In this document: in pieces, positions 47,876 to 62,800 of the stretch
Numbering within the stretch: position 1 is the first letter of the stretch
How the letters are laid out: each line of letters starts with the position of its first letter
Source: Laetmonice hystrix
Taxonomy: Eukaryota
NCBI GenBank assembly: GCA_965235115.1
Contig: OZ249436.1
Location: 16,990,001 to 17,054,000, forward strand
Length of the DNA stretch: 64,000 nt
Reading direction: 5' to 3'
Translations under genes and position numbers: made by a program
The notes under the pieces: generated by a model
Seen by the model: the letters and a program-made list of their open reading frames with translations, nothing else
Told to the model about the DNA's origin: nothing
Database searches by the model: none

Positions 47876-50800
47876 ATGTCGTTCTTTGGTATGAATCCGT
47901 TCGCCACCCAAGTGGGGCAGCTCATAGGTACGTCTTCTTCAATGTTGTATTAAAATTTTGGTCGAAAATCGATAGAAATCAGCAGGTGATGATCGAAGAA
48001 ATATGTTTTGCACCCGTTGTTATGTTGAATGTCCGTATTGTGAAATGGTGCTGGGTGACCCGTACGTCATGAACTCGCACCTGTGTGTCATGGACGAGTC
48101 GCCCTACGCTTAGCGCTAGCCTAGTGCACTGAGGCTGCTGCGGGTGGGTTTTAGGTCGGGTTAGCCTGCACAAATAGAAGGATCATGAGACTCTGGCTCA
48201 CCTGACTGCAGACAAAGAGCTGCAGCTAGCCTCCTAGGTAGTTTTCCTCCTGGACTCTGTCTTTATGGCGCATGAGTTGGTGCTAGAATAATTTTTGACA
48301 GCCGTTTACAAACGTCAACAGAGGCTGAGTCTGAGGCCCAGAAATTAATGGACTGCCACTGCCAGAACCCCAGCCCAGAGCTAGCCCAGCCCGGCTGATT
48401 GACGTAACCTATCTTCAGAGAATATCGATCCTATCTTGATTATTTCGTGCGTGTTTCGATCTTTGTGTTTCTTATCGGTAAAGACAGGCCGAGGTGTCAA
48501 GAGAAAGATGTTTGAATGTTGTATTCATAGAAAGATGTTTGAATGTTGTATTCGAATGAACTCTTCATGAAGAACAAAAGGGTTAACTTTAGATAGCCAA
48601 TCAGCAAAAATTTTCCAAAGCCTTGGTGCCCTGCTGGGCGGCTGCGTCTAGATAGGCACAAGATTTGAATCGTGCGCACTGTTTTATGTACGCACGACAT
48701 TGTGCGTATACCAGTGTATACACACGATGTCGTACATATATAAACTTATCCACAATAATAGGGGACCTAAAATTAAATATAACTAACCCTAAACCTAACC
48801 TTAGCTTAACTCTAACCCAGGGGGTTGGTCCCTCGCCGTCACCCGTCCCGTCACCCAGCTGATCATGCCAAAATAATCTCATCTGTAGAGATTCTTCTCT
48901 GCATGAAATCTTGTGCATATATAGCCGGTGCCCTGCTGGGCACCTAGTTTCCCCCCATTGGCCCATATTGGAATTCTTGGTGCCCGACAATTCTGAGTTG
49001 GTTCCCAGCCATTTTGATTCAATGGCTTTTAATTAAAGTAACAATTTCTAAGGTTTATATTTTATTGAAAAGTAGAAGGGTAAAGAACACTGCATATTAT
49101 TAGACACAGGGGCAAGTCACCCATTTATATTATACCTGTCATACTGTCGACATGAGGAAGTACACATGTACATACATAATTGTAGTGCACTGGCCTGGGT
49201 CATTTGAATGTGCCCGAATGGGCACTTTCTTTTGTGACAAAATCCTTTTTTAGGTGCCCTGATAAAAATTTAGGTGGGCACATGATGTTTTGAGCCCTGG
49301 CCAATGTTGGAGAGAATTTTAGTGATTTGAAAATCTGTTTTTTTGCCTTGCTACTCTAGACTAACATTCTCCAAGCTTGCCAAACGTTTAGTTGCAGAAG
49401 CAGTGGCTTTTTTTATATTCCAGGTTAGCATTTTGATTCGAGGGGATGGGGTTTTTGTTGCCTGAATAACAATAGTCAATAGCAGGAATTCAAATTAACG
49501 CTAGTCCGCTAGCCCGTGGCAACTATCATAGGGCGTTTTTAAAAAGTATGTCACGAGAATTCAAGAGATTTTGCGTTAGCGGGACAAGATAAAACTAAAC
49601 GCACACGCGAACTGTTCAGCATTTATCTCCATGTCCCGTTCGTAAGCCATGTGATGCGCAAGGGGTCTCCAAAAACTTCGATTTCTCATGCAGAATGGAA
49701 CTGATAAGTCTGTCTTTGTTTACCAACCAATTTTAATGAGGGATCTCTTCAAACAGCAAAAATTCATTCAAATACCGATTTTTCACTTTTCCTTATATTA
49801 TAATATACCTTTAAGACTTGGTTTGCAAACTAAAAACTTGGCAGAAGCTAAAGCCTGAAGTGGACCCACTCATACCTCCTTCCTCAATTACCATACCCTG
49901 CCCTGGTCTCAGTCTGATTAATGATAAAGTGTACATGTATCTATGTACGTGGTACTCATAGAGATGGCCAACTTTTTTTATGGGAATATTATGTCACCCC
50001 CAGATTTTAAGCTTGGGAGTTTATGGCCACCTCATTATTAATAAATATGATGCAGATTTCTCAGTTCTCATATTTCAGGGTTATATTTCAATCTGTGACT
50101 GAAAATTGGTGGTGGGGAGGGAATAGGAATAGGCCAGCAGGTGCTGTAGTACACAATCAGGAATATTTTACTTAAATTAAAAGGACACGGTTGTTAAAAA
50201 AAAAGTCAGCTATACATGAACATAAATATTTAACATATAAGTTATCAGAGAGGAGATGTGTGAGAATTCATCCTCGCTGAAATCTTTCCACTCCAAGCTG
50301 CACAGTAATACTACCTAAAGCAGTTCTAGCAGAAAATAAACAAAGGAATCATGAAATGCCTGGCTGCCAGAGCTGCTCTGTATCAATGCAGGAAGTTCAT
50401 ACTGGCACCATGCCCCTCTTACTCATAGCCTAAAAATAGATTGTCTCATTCAGATGTAAGCCAGTCAGTCAGCTGTTGTAAAGTCAGTTCCCCCAAAAAT
50501 AATTTGTGATTTTTTTTCATTTATAACCTCCACTAGGGCATGAGCGGTCATGGCCCCATCTCCATGAATCACCAGTGTTGGGGCGAGTGGGTGGAGACTG
50601 AATGCTCTCACAATATGATTATAAAACTGTGGTGTACACCTGGTTGACATCCCCAGTTGTCCCACCCACACCCACACAGAACATGATTATAAAACTGTGG
50701 TGTACACCTGGTTGACATCCCCAGTTGTCCCACCCACACCCGCACAGAACATGATTATAAAACTGTGGTGTACACCTGGTTGACATCCCCAGTTGTCCCA

Positions 50801-53800
50801 CCCACACCCACACAGAACATGATTATAAAACTGTGGTGTACACCTGGTTGACATCCCCAGTTGTCCCACCCACACCCGCACAGAACATGATTATAAAACT
50901 GTGGTGTACACCTGGTTGACATCCCCAGTTGTCCCACCCACACCCGCACAGAACATGATTATAAAACTGTGGTGTACACCTGGTTGACATCCCCAGTTGT
51001 CCCACCCACACCTGCACAGAACATGATTATAAAACTGTGGTGTACACCTGGTTGACATCCCCAGTTGTCCCACCCACACCCGCACAGAACATGATTATAA
51101 AACTGTGGTGTACACCTGGTTGACATCCCCAGTTGTCCCACCCACACCCGCACAGAACATGATTATAAAACTGTGGTGTACACCTGGTTGACATCCCCAG
51201 TTGTCCCACCCACACCCACACAGAACATGATTATAAAACTGTGGTGTACACCTGGTTGACATCCCCAGTTGTCCCACCCACACCCGCACAGAACATGATT
51301 ATAAAACTGTGGTGTACACCAGACTGACATCCACGGTTGTTCGACTCGCTGGCTTTGTATGTGTATTAGTGGGAGGCCGAGGGTTAACACAAAGATGGAG
51401 GTCTGCACAATGTCTTGGGTGCCAAGTGAGGAGAGTACCGTAATGTGCTTTCTTTACCATTTAAATCCACCAGTTCAGGGGACGCCCACAACAGTAGGCA
51501 GCTGTTGGATGACTGGGTCTGGACAAATGGGAAATTATTTGTGGGGAGTAGACACAGATTGTAAAGTTTTCACCACAGTACTTCGCTCATTTAGGTACCG
51601 GTACAAGCTTAGTTGGCAGTGTCAGCTCTGTATGTATATCAGGAATTGGTCTGACTACTGATATGTGTCCTTAATTCTTCCTCAAGGTTTTATTTCTGTA
51701 CTGGTAACTGCCTTCTCGAGCAAAAGTTGTTGTTCATGGAGAAAAATCATGTCAGAATATTGTGGAAAATGAGCTGTGTCCATATGGGAAAAGCACACTG
51801 TAGCCTTTATGTAATTTTTTCTCAAGATGCACAAACCATGGTTGTAGTGCACATTAAATGTCAGGTAAGTGAAGAACGGGTGACTAGCCTGCAGCCTGTA
51901 GTATGTAAACATCAATTGATGGCGATTACTGGAGTATTGTATAAACTACCTGTAAGGAGTTGAACAACCAGCAGCACCTGTGTTAGAAGTGTAGGTAACC
52001 ATGGCAACAGATGCGTATTCTTTGTCAGGGTTCAGATGTCTGAGTGATGTAAGGCAGAACGTTGTTATGTATGCTTGTTAAGGCAAGTATATATCACTGT
52101 TGTCATGGTTACCGGTATCTGTTGCCAGGGGGTATTCTAGGAATGAGGTACAGGAAGTCCTGGTGGTTGGTATACATGTCTGTAGTGTAAAGCTGTTCTA
52201 CACTTTTAATTAGTAGCCTATGTCTTGACATCAAACTGGGCTGTTAATATTCCTTTATAAAATATGAAAATTTGAAATATCATGGTGGCTTGAGTGGAAC
52301 ATTTTACACACTAAAAGGCGTGTAGATCCAAGATATTGAGGGGTATTACATGATGAAGGGATGAGTTTACTGTTGTTAGTGTTTGAGAAATGATGTGTGT
52401 GTGTTACAGAGCAAGGCACCGATGGGAGTCTGGCGTCGGAAAACTGGGGTCTCAACATGGAGATCTGCGACACTATCAATGAGACAGATGAGGGGTGAGT
52501 GTTAGGCAAGTCAGCCAACAAGGCAACCACCATCCTAACTGGGCCAGTCAGCCAATCACCAATCACCCAACCTTAACCTGGACCAGTCAGCCTATCGCCA
52601 GTCACCCAACCTTAATCTAAGTGGACCAGTCAGCCTATCACCAATCTAATTAAAATTAGATCTTTGTATTCCGCGTCTCTCTCGGCTATGTCATTGCTGT
52701 CTGCGCTCCATACCTAGATCTAAGGATATCCCATTAGGGGTCACCTCAGGTTGATCTCTGGATTCAGCCAATCAGCGAGTGGCCTACGAAATCTTCGGTG
52801 TGCGCTCGTAGGCATTTTCAACGGCACACTTGAATCTGGGTCAAAGGGCAGCCTGAGGTGACCCCATACGGGATGCCGTTAGATCCTAGTATGGAGTGCA
52901 TGCGAAATAACTAAGATCTAATTTTAATTAGATTAGCCTATCACCAGTCACCCAACCTATCACCAAGCACCCAACCTTAACCTAAGTGGACCAGTCATCA
53001 TATCACCAGTCACCCAACCTATCACCAATCACCCAACTTTAACCTTAAGTGGACCAGTCAGCCTATCAAAAATCACCCAACCTTAACCTAAATGGACCAG
53101 TCAGCCTATCACCAGTCACCCAACCTATCACCAATCACCCAACGTTAACCTAAGTGGACCAGTCAGCCTATCACCAGTCACCCAACCTATCACCAATCAC
53201 CCAACGTTAACCTAAGTGGACCAGTCAGCCTATCACCAGTCACCCAACCTTAACCTAAGTGGACCAGTCAGCCTATCACCAATCACCCAACCTTAACCTA
53301 AGTGGACCCGTCAGCCTATCACAAATCACCCAACCTTAACCTAAGTGGACCAGTCAGCCTATCACCAGTCACCCAACCTATCACCAATCACCCAACGTTA
53401 ACCTAAGTGGACCAGTCAGCCTATCACCAGTCACCCAACCTTAACCTAAGTGGACTAGTCAGCCTATCACCAATCACCCAACCTTAACCTAAGTGGGCCA
53501 ATAAGCCTATCATTAGTCACCCAACCTACCACCAGTCACCCGACCATAACCTAATGGGACCAGTCAGCCTGCCACCACTCACCTTAAGTGGGCACAGGCA
53601 ATCTGCCACCAATAATCAAATCTTAACTTAAGGCTCAGGCTACAGCTTTTTATCATGGTATTGTGAGGCACTGATCTATTACGATTGGTTGGTGAAGAAA
53701 GAAACAGATTTGACATTTTAACTGGGAATTTGTAATTTCAAAATTAACTATTTAGTGTCTGAGATTGTGTGAGAACAATGAGAATAACATTTTCATTATG

Positions 53801-56800
53801 GGAAGAAAACATTGCAACATTCAGAGTTCAAGCACTAAGTACTATTTAAAAGGAAATAGTATTATTTATATGACCTAGCCTGTGCCAAATGTCAAAACAA
53901 GGGCAGACAAGCTTGTAACTCAGTTTGGTCTTCTAATTTATTTATTACAGACCAAAAGATGCTATTAAAGCACTGAAGAAACGTCTGTCGACAAATGCTG
54001 GCAAGAATTACAATGTGGTCATGTACAGTCTGACGGTAAGTCTCACCATGGTTGTAGAACTGTGAGGAATAGCTACCAGTATTTTTTATTGTCTTATGTC
54101 TAGAAGCACTGTTTGCCCCCCATGGTAACTTTCCAATGAAATGGGGGTGACGGGTTAAAGTTTGGGGTACGGCTAGGTATAATTATTGTGGGGAGGGAGG
54201 TCTGTGGACTGGGAGAAGGGGTTAGGATAAGGATTAGCTCATTAAATAGTGTAAAACTAGTGTAGTTTTGACACCCAAGTTTTGTGTGGATACTACCATA
54301 GAGATGTACTGTCTATGCCTTGCTAATTAGAACATATACTTATAGATTATATTTCTGAGATGATACTCAAGATTTATTTGTCTGTCATTATTGTAAGTCA
54401 AGACCTGCAGTCCTCACATGTCAACAAGATGTGATCCAGATTAAGTGGATACGTTTGAGTTTAGTGATTTTTTTTTTCGATTTTTTTCCAAAGGTTTTAG
54501 AAACTTGTGTGAAGAACTGTGGCAGGAGGTTCCACGTTCACGTGATGAACAAGGATTTCCTTGGTGAACTCATCAAAATTATTGGACCAAAGAACGACCC
54601 ACCTCAGGTGGTCCAGGAGAAGATACTCAGTCTCATACAGGTGGGTTAGCTGTCATACACAGGTACGTCTGTATGTCCTCTGGAACTCCAGGGATCATAT
54701 CTGTTTTCCTTGCTTTAAGATTAAAACATTTTAACAATATTTCAAGAGAGTGTCCGGTGCCTTTGCTGTGAGAGACAAGTTTCAAGATGAAAATGTAACA
54801 GGGTGAACTCAGTGTGAACAATGTTTTTTGACCTAGATGTACCTCAGATAGATATTTGAACGATATTTGACCTAGATGTACCTCAGATAGATATTTGAAC
54901 GATATTTGACCTAGATGTACCTCAGATAGATATTTAAACGATATTTGACCTAGATGTACCTCAGATAGATATTTGAACAATGTTTGACCTAGATGTACCT
55001 CAGATAGATATTTGAACGATATTTCACCTAGATGTACCTCAGATAGATATTTGAACGATGTTTCACCTAGATGTACCTCAGATAGATATTTGAACAATGT
55101 TTGATCTAGATGTACCTCAGAGTTGTGAGCCGTGTGTTTCAGACTTGGGCAGATGCCTTCAAAGGTGTGCCAGAATTTAAAGAAGTGGGTAAAGTTTACC
55201 AGGACCTGAAGAGGAAGGGCATCGAGTTCCCAATGACAGACCTTGGTACAATGGCGCCCATCCACACCCCAGCCAGGGTAAGTCCCCCACCCTCACCCCG
55301 CATGGCCTGTTGACTGGGTCCTCTTATATACCTCTCCCTCCTTACACCAAGTGGAATGGGATGAGTTCCAAACAGATGGATTATAACCATACCTTGTTCT
55401 CAATGTTCACAGTTCGGTGTCTGTATAATATATCAGTGGCCTAACAGAAATTGACGCCATGGAATATAACAGTAATTCTCGTCCAGGGGCTTGTTTCACT
55501 AAGACTGTACAAGCTCGTAAATGGCTTACAGAGTGTAAACGAGAGAAAACTTGTACATTTTGCTAGTATGATCTGCAGAAAATACAAGCTCGTAAAATAC
55601 AAGAAATGGACCCCAGGTCTTATTAAAACTGCAGACATCCCCTGTCATTAGGAAACTTGTACTCTATCTGTTTGGAACAGCGAGTTTAGCTCTAACACAA
55701 ACAAAATAAAACTGTTGGAATAAGTCTGACGTTTGCTACTCCACTGCATGATGAGCAGCCAACTCATAGAGAAAGATTTTCTCCATCTCTCCTGCACGGA
55801 CACATTAGACATTAGACAGAGGGTGGGAAAAAGTCTACAAACTGTCTGCTCTATATTAGACTCTGGGATGATGTTAGCCATACCGTTCATTGTTGTGACT
55901 GTCTTGTTTCTAGGTAGGAGTTGGCAGAGTTGCCCAAACAGTTGATAGTGCATACTTCAGGCGGGTGCTGATAGTTCACGAATGTTGGGTGTACATTGGC
56001 CTTGAGGGAATGTTGGGTGTACATTCGCCTTGAGTGAATGTTGGGTGTACATTGGCCTCGAGCGAATGTTGGGTGTTCATTGGCCTCGGGCGAATGTTGG
56101 GTGTACATTGGCCTCAAGGGAATGTTGGGTGTACATTAGCCTTGAGCGAATGTTGGGTGTACATTGGCCTCGAGGGAATGTTGGGTGTACATTGGCCTCG
56201 AGCGAATGTTGGGTGTACATTGGCCTCGAGCGAATGTTGTGTGTACATTGGCCTCGAGCGAATGTTGGGTGTACATTGGCCTCGAGCGAATGTTGGGTGT
56301 ACATTGCCCTAGAACGAATGTTGGGTGTACATTGGCCGCAAGTGAATGTTGGGTGTACATTGGCCGCAAGTGAATGTTGGGTGTACATTGGCCTCGAGTG
56401 AATTTTGGGTGTGCATTGGCCTCGAGTGAATGGTGTACATCATCAACATTCCTAACAGGAGGGACAAAATGTTAAATTCTTTCATTGGCAGTAAAATGTT
56501 GCCGCATCTAAAAGAAAACAGTTGCTAGTGTTGAGAATGAATTAAATGTGCCACCTAATGGGGAATGAGAGAACTACTATCAGCACCTGCTTGAGTTAAC
56601 CCATTGTTTGTAGGTCTGTAGCCTTGATGTGGCAAGCAAGGGAATGGTCCCTTCCAGTTAAAAAAACCTGGCCTTTTGGAAAAATGTTCCTAGATACTGG
56701 ACATAGAATGGAGAACTAGGTGGAGTTCTGTATTGTGAAAAACCACTTTTGAAAACCACTTTCAATTAAATAAACCTGTTGTTGTAAATTAATGTTAATT

Positions 56801-59800
56801 GTTTTTATATAAAAAGGTGGGGTGGGGTGGGGGGGGGAGGGAGGGAGGGAGGGAGAAGGTCTTTCTCATAGTACCACTAAGAACTCTCCCTAGACTGTAG
56901 AGGACAAATATTAGAATTAGAAATAAAGGTTGATTTTCATTGCTGTTTTAGAACCTTTTACAAATTATTGTAATATGTGAATTAGTTATCCACAATTTAC
57001 CATTGAGTTTGATGTAGTCTGATTATTTTAATATCTTGTTAGTTAGCATTCCTTTGTGATGTTGCCATACCTCACAGAAGGAAGACATTTGATGTAACAC
57101 ATTGATAAATAAGTTTATTTTATTACATCTCTGACTGTGAATTCAGATGCCACACGACAACTAAAGTTCACTTTGTGAAGCTGTGCTGGGTGTGTGTGTT
57201 GCATGAATGTAGCTGTGTGTGATTCTGATGCCCGAGATCCCCTTGCAGGTGCAAGGAGAAGCTGACCGACCTGCCACCACCCGCACCCCAACACGCAGCA
57301 CCCCCACCAGAGCTGTGAGTAGGGCCACACGGCCACACAACAATCACCACTGCTACTATAAGGAAACTTGAACGTTGAAGATGAGAAAATAGGAAAGACA
57401 TTGTTAAAACCAAAGATATCATTATTAAAATGTTCACACTTTTACTAACGACTGGGTTCTCATGGTTCAGGAAACCAGGAAAGCTCCCAGATTTTCAATA
57501 TCAACCGTTCAAGGTGCCTCCCCAGGCTGAGAAAAATCTGGTAATTTTATAAATACTTGCACAAGTCCCTGTCAAAACCAGGAATGAAATTCTATGAGAT
57601 GGAGTCATGGTCAGGGTGCTCTTCATCAATATCTATATAATACTAAAAAATCTTGGAAACAGGGTTTGAACATGGTCCTGGAAGAAATTGTAAGATCTGG
57701 GAAAATTATTCAGCTAATAGCTTGAAAACCTTGTTATTGGAGTAATATTATGAATATTAGTCCAAATTATTAATTATGTGATATTAAAATTGGGGAACAA
57801 TTCAAAATGTGGGCCTTCCTGTAAAAAATCATTTTTACTACATCATTTATAAATAACATACACACTCAAGAACATGTTTTAAATTGGTGATCAAAAAAAT
57901 TCCATGGCCTACTTGAGTGGGAAATACTGGAGTGGGTGTGATGCACCAGTGCCAGAAGAGCTCAGTGTGTACTTTGGGTCCCGGAGGTGTTGTGACCAGG
58001 AATGATGTGTAAGAAGCGTCTGTCATGAGGGCATGCCATGAACACTGGAATTGGAGGTCACAGTGAGCTGATAGTAGGCCCACAGTGTCTAGTGTAATTA
58101 GGCCTCAGTATATTGGCTGGGACTCGTACTGTAATGAGGGTTAGTGAGATGTGTAATGAGGGTCGATGTAAGCTTGGAATTTAATGTGGTAATGGAGGTT
58201 TTTGCTAGATATATAATTGGGGTATATGCTAGGGTCATGTAATGAGGGGTTATTCTAGGGATTTGTAATGAGGGTTTATGCTAGAGATGTGTAATGAGTG
58301 TCTATGGCCGTGTTCACATCTAGTTGCCGGGAGAGCTTCTGCCGGCAGAAATGATAAGGTCTGATAAAGATCAGCGTTCAGACTACCCATGCTTTGCCGG
58401 GGGAACTTTCTTGCCGCTGTAGCAGTAGTGAGCTCCTGAGGAGCCTACACATGATATGTTTTGGAAAAAAGTGGAATTTCATAAAATTCATTAGAACTAA
58501 ATACGTCACATGAAAACAGACTTATTGGACACACATGGTAATTTAATCCAGAGGGGAGTGTGAGGTTGGTTGGGGGCCTCTACTTTTAGAGAAATGCAAT
58601 GGGGGGCCTATAAATAAAAAAGAGGTGTTCGGTGAAGGTGTAGGGTGTAAGAATTTGATCAAATATTCATACTTCTTGCGCTAGAGTTCCAGCGATAACC
58701 ATGTAGTCGTAATGCCCCCTGGTGGCTGCTCTCGGCAAATCCCGCATTCACATTACAACTACCCGAGGTAAGATTTCTGCCGGCAGAGCTATTCCTTCCC
58801 TCCACCCAAGATATCTCTGCAGCTTACCGCGGGTAATTTACCTCAGGTACGCGCGTTCACACCTGGCGCGCTCCCGCTATAGCGGGTATTTGCCGGCAGA
58901 TCTCCCTCGTGTGAACACGGCCTAAGCAGGGTCATGTAATGAGGGTTTATTCTAGGGATTTGTAATGTGGGTGAATGTTAAAGATGTGTATTGACTGTAC
59001 AGAACTTCCAGGCTGGGTTTGGAAATGAGGAATAGGTAATGTAATCATTAGGGGGGTTGCAAACCTTCCAAAGGAAAAGAACCGACTTCAAAGGCATTTT
59101 AAATTCTGGCTTTTGTAACTCGCTGCAAAATCCCTGTGGATTATGAGAATTTTTGTCAGGGAAACCCTCCAGTTCTATCCTATTGTGGCTGCACGAACCC
59201 AGAATGTGTGCCCAGGTCGGGTTGTGTGTGATGAGGGACTGATGTAGCCTAATGAGGGTTTCTATACTGAAATGAGGGTCAATGCTGGCGGTTTCAGGGC
59301 AAGTACATGGTGATGCAGGAGGAGTATGAGGTTAGAGGTATTTTGTTGGATCCAGTGTGCAGCGTTGTTAACACATGGCGTATGTTTTGTCCAGATCTCC
59401 CCCACCCGCCCAGCCCCGTCCTCTGGTGGCCAAAGGGTTAACTTATTACAAGGCAGTGGGGACCCAAAGTTGTTAAGAACTTCCACAAACATACTCATGT
59501 CCAACACTCACACCATTTCAGTAACATAGGCTTTCTTTGTCTTTTTTTTTAGTAATATTTCGCTTCAAGTTTTTGATATCATAATATTTTTCTTAATCAA
59601 GGTCCCCCAAATTTGGTTTGTTTGTTTGGTTCATTTACTGTCTTACCTGTCAGTGAGGTAGTAAGCATGGTGCACGGAGACTAAGTTTAGTGGGTGGTCA
59701 GCTGGTTGTGGTCAGTTGTAGTTACAAGTGTAGATTTAGTTTGACAGGGATATTTTGCCCTTGTGCCCCATAATATTTGACACATTGACTTTTCTCCTTG

Positions 59801-62800
59801 TTTTCCCATAGTATTTTATTGATTTGCTGTGCCTGATTTTAAACACATGTACGTGCCTCTTGTGCCCCATAATAATCTAACATATTGGATACCCTTAGTG
59901 ATCTGTTAGTAGTTTGTGTTGAATATTCAGTCTGGTGTTGTGAAACATGATATTGAATGATGATGAGGGATAGAGCATGTAGACATAATCAGGTGAGTTG
60001 TACACACCGACGGAGATCCTTTTATGAACATGATATGAGTCTCACTTCAAACTGTTCCGTGGTGGGATGTTGCCATTCCAACAATCTAAGTTCACGGACC
60101 TTAGCCAAAAGGTGAGGAGAGTACTTTGACAGCCAACATTAAATGTTGTTTGGTCTTCCATAATATGTTTCACCAAGTCCACACCCACTCACACTCGGAT
60201 ATATATTTGGAGATCAAATCCTGGATGATCCTATCTGAAGGTCATGGTCAGATTCACAAACATACTCGTAGCACTGCTCTGGTGACCTTGTATCAAGAAG
60301 TCATGGCCACTAAACCAGTGAGGAATGTTAATCCGAGTCTGAAATTTTGTAACACTAGCTGACGTTTCTTCACCTGGTAGAGTTTTCATCAGTGCATTAA
60401 TGTCTTAAATTGGAAGTTGTGGGTAGTGGGAGTGTGTTGTATGGTCAGTTGATGACATATTGTAATTTCAGCAGACTGAACCACAGTCAGTAAGTCAGCG
60501 TCCGCCGGCGCAGGCGCCTGGCGTACAGGTCAGCCAGGGGAGTGGTCCAGTGAACCTGTCGGCAGAGCAGCTCGCCAAGCTGCGCAGTGAGCTGGATGTG
60601 GTCGAACAGAACTGTAAGGTATTCAGTGAGATGTTGACGGAGATGAGCCCAGGACAAGAGGACCGCTCCGACCTTGAACTCCTTCAGGTGAGAGTTTTCT
60701 TGACCTTCAGAAGTAGCATGCTGACGTTTTAGTGATACATACGTGTACATGTATCTTATTAAGTAAAAAGTCAGCCATCTAATATTTTTCTCACATGATA
60801 GTTTATGTGTAAGTCATTTTTTTATTATTGTAGTTAGTGCGACAATTTTCCCAGTAAGCAGGTTTTAAATGTTTGCAGGTGATTGCTTTGGAGACGGATT
60901 TGAACTAATTTGAATTGATTGCTTGATTGATTGGCAGGAGGTGCACAGAACATGTCGTCAGATGCAGCAGAGAATTGTGGAGCTTCTGGATCGTGTTGCC
61001 AACGAGGAGGTCACAGGTCAGTAGGTCAAGGTCAAGACAGACAGATGCACAGAACATTGCAGTATTTGTGGGATAATTGACAGATCCCAGGCATAACTTA
61101 GTTATTCAAAATCTCCAGAGGTATAATAATATTATTCAGATGATCCAAAACTCTTGTAACTTCAGCATTGTCTGACATCTCTGAGGAATGTGTATGTTAC
61201 AGAATTTGTTATTGCTGAGTGCGAGTATGAAGTAACATATTGACAGATATCTTTGTATTGATCAGGCGAGCTGCTCCGAGTGAACGATGACTTAAACAAC
61301 GTTTTCCTACGATACGAAAGGTTTGAACGCTATCGGACTGGTCAGTCAGGTCCTCCAACCGCCGCCACGCCACCTAGTGGTGTTCAGCCGAACCTCTCCA
61401 ACACAGCCACTCTGGTGAGTACAGGGGGCCCCACTGTACGGTAACCTTAGGTGACCTGGGGCCCGTCTTACTAGCGGTGATCCCCAGCAAAATCCCAAAC
61501 AAAGTCCCCAGATCAGGGATATTCCCGTTGTGAGATGTCTTATTAAAAAGTCCCTCGACTGAAACAGTGTTGGGGAAATGTCCCCAATATGGGGATGTAC
61601 CTGATTTGGGGAGCGACATTCTTAGTAAGACGGGCCCCTAGGGACCAGTGCTCAGTGTAATGAAGTATGGTGGCAGGAATCAGACGTATCAATTAATTTG
61701 GCTTTCCGATTAATTATGTTGATTATTAATAGGTTTGTTTCTCAGTGAATTATAAATTAAAAATAGATCTTAGAGTTGGACTTAAATTTGTATTTAGTAA
61801 TTTTGTTTGTAAGATTTTTTTCCCTATTCTTGATCCTAGTGTTTGGTTTGTTCCGTAATTGACAAATAAGTTAGGCCAATGAATCCTGTATGTATTTCAG
61901 CCCCTGCGAGGCCCACCACCACCCGTGCCACCACAACAACAGCAGCCGCCGCATCCTGCAGCAGGTGAAGGAGGCGTGGGAAACCTGATTGATCTGGAAA
62001 CCCCACCAGCCCACGCCGCCGCTGCACAAACACAGAGTCCGTTTGCTGCACCCGCTAGTAGTAGTGACATTCAGCAGGGCTTAGCTGGCATGAGTAAGTC
62101 CCTCAGTTGAGTTCTCCTCAGTTTGCTGGCTCAGACAACCTTCCCATCTAGACTGGGGTTGAGGCAGTGTAAGTGACTGCTGCCCCATCCTCCCTCCACG
62201 AGATCTACAGTTGGTTGTACATCAAACAGGTGAAGGAGCACTGACAGGTGCCATGCTGAATAAACTACTTGACATCGCACACCCACACGGTCAGTTAACT
62301 CACACAGCCACACAGTTAACCCACACAGTCAGATAACCCACACACTCATGGGTCAATTAACCCACACCCACACGGTCAGTTAACTCACACAGCCACACAG
62401 TTAACCCACACACCAACACAATCAGATAACCCACACACTGACGGGTCAATTAACCCACACCCACACGGTCAGTTAACTCACACACCGACACAGTTAACCC
62501 ACACACCAACACAATCAGATAACCCACACACTCACAGGGCCAGTTAACCCACCCACCTCCACATTCAGATCACCCACACACCCACATGGTCATTTAACCC
62601 CCACCCCCACACAGTTAACCCACACAGTTAACCCACAGTCAGTTAACCCACACACCCACTGTGCCACAGCCAGTTAACGACACCCACATGGTTAACCCAC
62701 AGTCAGTTAACCCCACACACCCACCCCACACCCTCACAGTCAGTTAACCCCCACACACAGTTCAGCCACACACCAACACAGTCAGTTCACCCACACAGTC

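Noticed and set aside
50615..51320. CRISPR-like regular array
   Set aside because: Head-to-tail 68-bp units with no unique spacers, inside a eukaryotic intron, and no cas genes. The same applies to the arrays at 4694, 8850, 13253 and 55980.
54633..55265. 210-aa minus-strand ORF with [13 protein letters not shown] repeats
   Set aside because: Translation of a 39-bp minisatellite, antisense to a real TOM1L2 exon.
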